In this document: piece after piece, positions 62,955 through 64,000 of the stretch
Numbering within the stretch: position 1 is the first letter of the stretch
How the letters are laid out: each line of letters starts with the position of its first letter
DNA from: a virus
Lineage: Duplodnaviria; Caudoviricetes
Length of the DNA stretch: 64,000 bases
IMG/VR virus record: IMGVR_UViG_3300031992_000040
Location: 44,675-108,674 of that record
Strand: one strand, 5' to 3'
Notes under the pieces: generated by a model
Database searches by the model: none
What the model was told of the DNA's origin: nothing
The model's input: only the letters and a program-made list of their open reading frames with translations
Program-made: the position numbers and the translations under genes

Positions 62955-63455
62955 CTAGTATTTGCTTATTTCCATTATGTATTTCAATTCCTCGTTAATT
63001 TCTTGCCATTTTTCAATATCACTCATTATCTTGTTAAACTTTTCAACTTTTGATTTCAAGTTTTTTCGCTCGTTTTTCAACATTTCTATTCTTTCAGTTA
63101 TGTAGTTAATTGTTTGTTCCATACTCGCAATATATGTATTTGCAAGTGTATTTTCTTCCCCACTATAATTATTATAATAATATAGTTTTATTGTTTCATA
63201 ATTGTTCCAATTAGTGTTATCATAATACACTTTTATTGCTCTTTCTTTTCCAAAATAATCATTTTCGCTCTCATAGTAAACATTATATTTTGATAATTGC
63301 TCTTTAAACTTTTCTTCCACTCTTTTAGTGATTTCCTTATCTTGTATAGTTTTTGCCACTATTAAAACATTAGAATATATATCAAGTCTAATTTTTTCAT
63401 TTTCAAGTCGCTTTTCCAACTCGCTTTTTACCTTTTCAAAATCATATTTTCTCAT
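62955..63455 (-). CDS. Hypothetical protein
   Basis: RBS GAGGTGG. Confidence 0.6.
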   Translation of the reverse strand: MRKYDFEKVKSELEKRLENEKIRLDIYSNVLIVAKTIQDKEITKRVEEKFKEQLSKYNVYYESENDYFGKERAIKVYYDNTNWNNYETIKLYYYNNYSGEENTLANTYIASMEQTINYITERIEMLKNERKNLKSKVEKFNKIMSDIEKWQEINEELKYIMEISKY

Positions 63456-63467
63456 TTTTCCACCTCT

Positions 63468-63665
63468 TTATATATATAATAGTAAAACCCTTTTGTTTCC
63501 AATATATTGACAATTTATTTTGATAACTCGCTTGTTCATCAATTCAGTATTTTTTCTCAAATCATCAACATTGTAAAAACCATAACTAGCATAGGTGAAA
63601 TTGTCCAAAATCTCAATATAGAGTTTTTTATCTTCCACCATACCCACAAAATTAGCAATATACAT
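63468..63665 (-). CDS. Hypothetical protein
   Basis: RBS GAGG; first gene of the leftward arm. Confidence 0.5.
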   Translation of the reverse strand: MYIANFVGMVEDKKLYIEILDNFTYASYGFYNVDDLRKNTELMNKRVIKINCQYIGNKRVLLLYI

Positions 63666-63809
63666 ATTTTTTCCTCGCTTTCTTATTTTCTCGGCGAAAC
63701 ACCACTTTTTTACTATTATGCTTTTAAATCTCGCTTGTTTCCATTTGTAAAAAGTCGCCCTTTTGTTTCCCTCGTTTTTGCTCTCTTTTTCGCCTTTTTC
63801 AACAATAAT

Positions 63810-63839
63810 AATATAACATGGCTTTTTAAAATATGCCTA
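63810..63839 (-). promoter_or_regulatory. TAGGCA-class promoter 5
   Basis: TAGGCA-N18-TATATT with extended TG. Confidence 0.6.
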
Positions 63840-63868
63840 AAATTATCAATTTTGAAAAAAAGTTTTTC

Positions 63869-63897
63869 TTGCAAAATTGCTCGTTTTATGCTATAAT
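63869..63897 (+). promoter_or_regulatory. Divergent SigA-type promoter reading out of the window
   Basis: TTGCAA-N17-TATAAT with extended TG. Confidence 0.65.
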
Positions 63898-64000
63898 GAT
63901 TAAGGGGGGAAATACCTACCGAAAAGCGAAAAAAGAAAGGAAGTAAAAAAAAATGATTAAACAAATCGCAAACAACCAATTTTTATTGAGAGAAAAGGGG

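Noticed and set aside
501-63979. Numerous short ORFs antisense to or nested in real genes (for example 14821-15276, 36484-36909, 55580-55966, 59488-59847, 63507-63896, 63716-63979)
   Set aside because: They overlap better-supported genes or promoters, lack RBSs and have shadow-frame composition

Overview
A 64-kb slice of a large, very AT-rich tailed phage genome (standard code 11). Its LysM endolysin, SigA-type promoters and anaerobic RNR suggest a walled, anaerobic low-GC Gram-positive host (inference). The + strand arm (1-27.3 kb) holds the end of the tail/baseplate module, a holin-endolysin cassette, a cysteine desulfurase, and a replication/nucleotide operon: Sak4-like ATPase, SSB, primase-helicase, nuclease, DnaE, DnaQ-like exonuclease, ThyX, NrdD split by a group I intron carrying a GIY-YIG endonuclease, NrdG and dUTPase. 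The - strand arm (27.3-63.8 kb) holds a Ro60/TROVE gene preceded by an RNA cluster (two co-varying Y-RNA-like elements, tRNA-Ala, a ~210-nt structured RNA, an atypical tRNA-Trp), a stand-alone small RNA, RtcB, a radical SAM enzyme near four paralogues sharing an invariant N-terminal FETNSSSTHA motif, a tyrosine recombinase, and ~20 kb of small, mostly acidic early-type genes with five copies of a TAGGCA-N18-(-10) promoter. The best candidates for undescribed biology are the radical SAM + FETNSSSTHA paralogue cluster and the Ro60-associated ncRNA/tRNA/RtcB module. All calls come from reading motifs by eye; no searches or folding programs were run.
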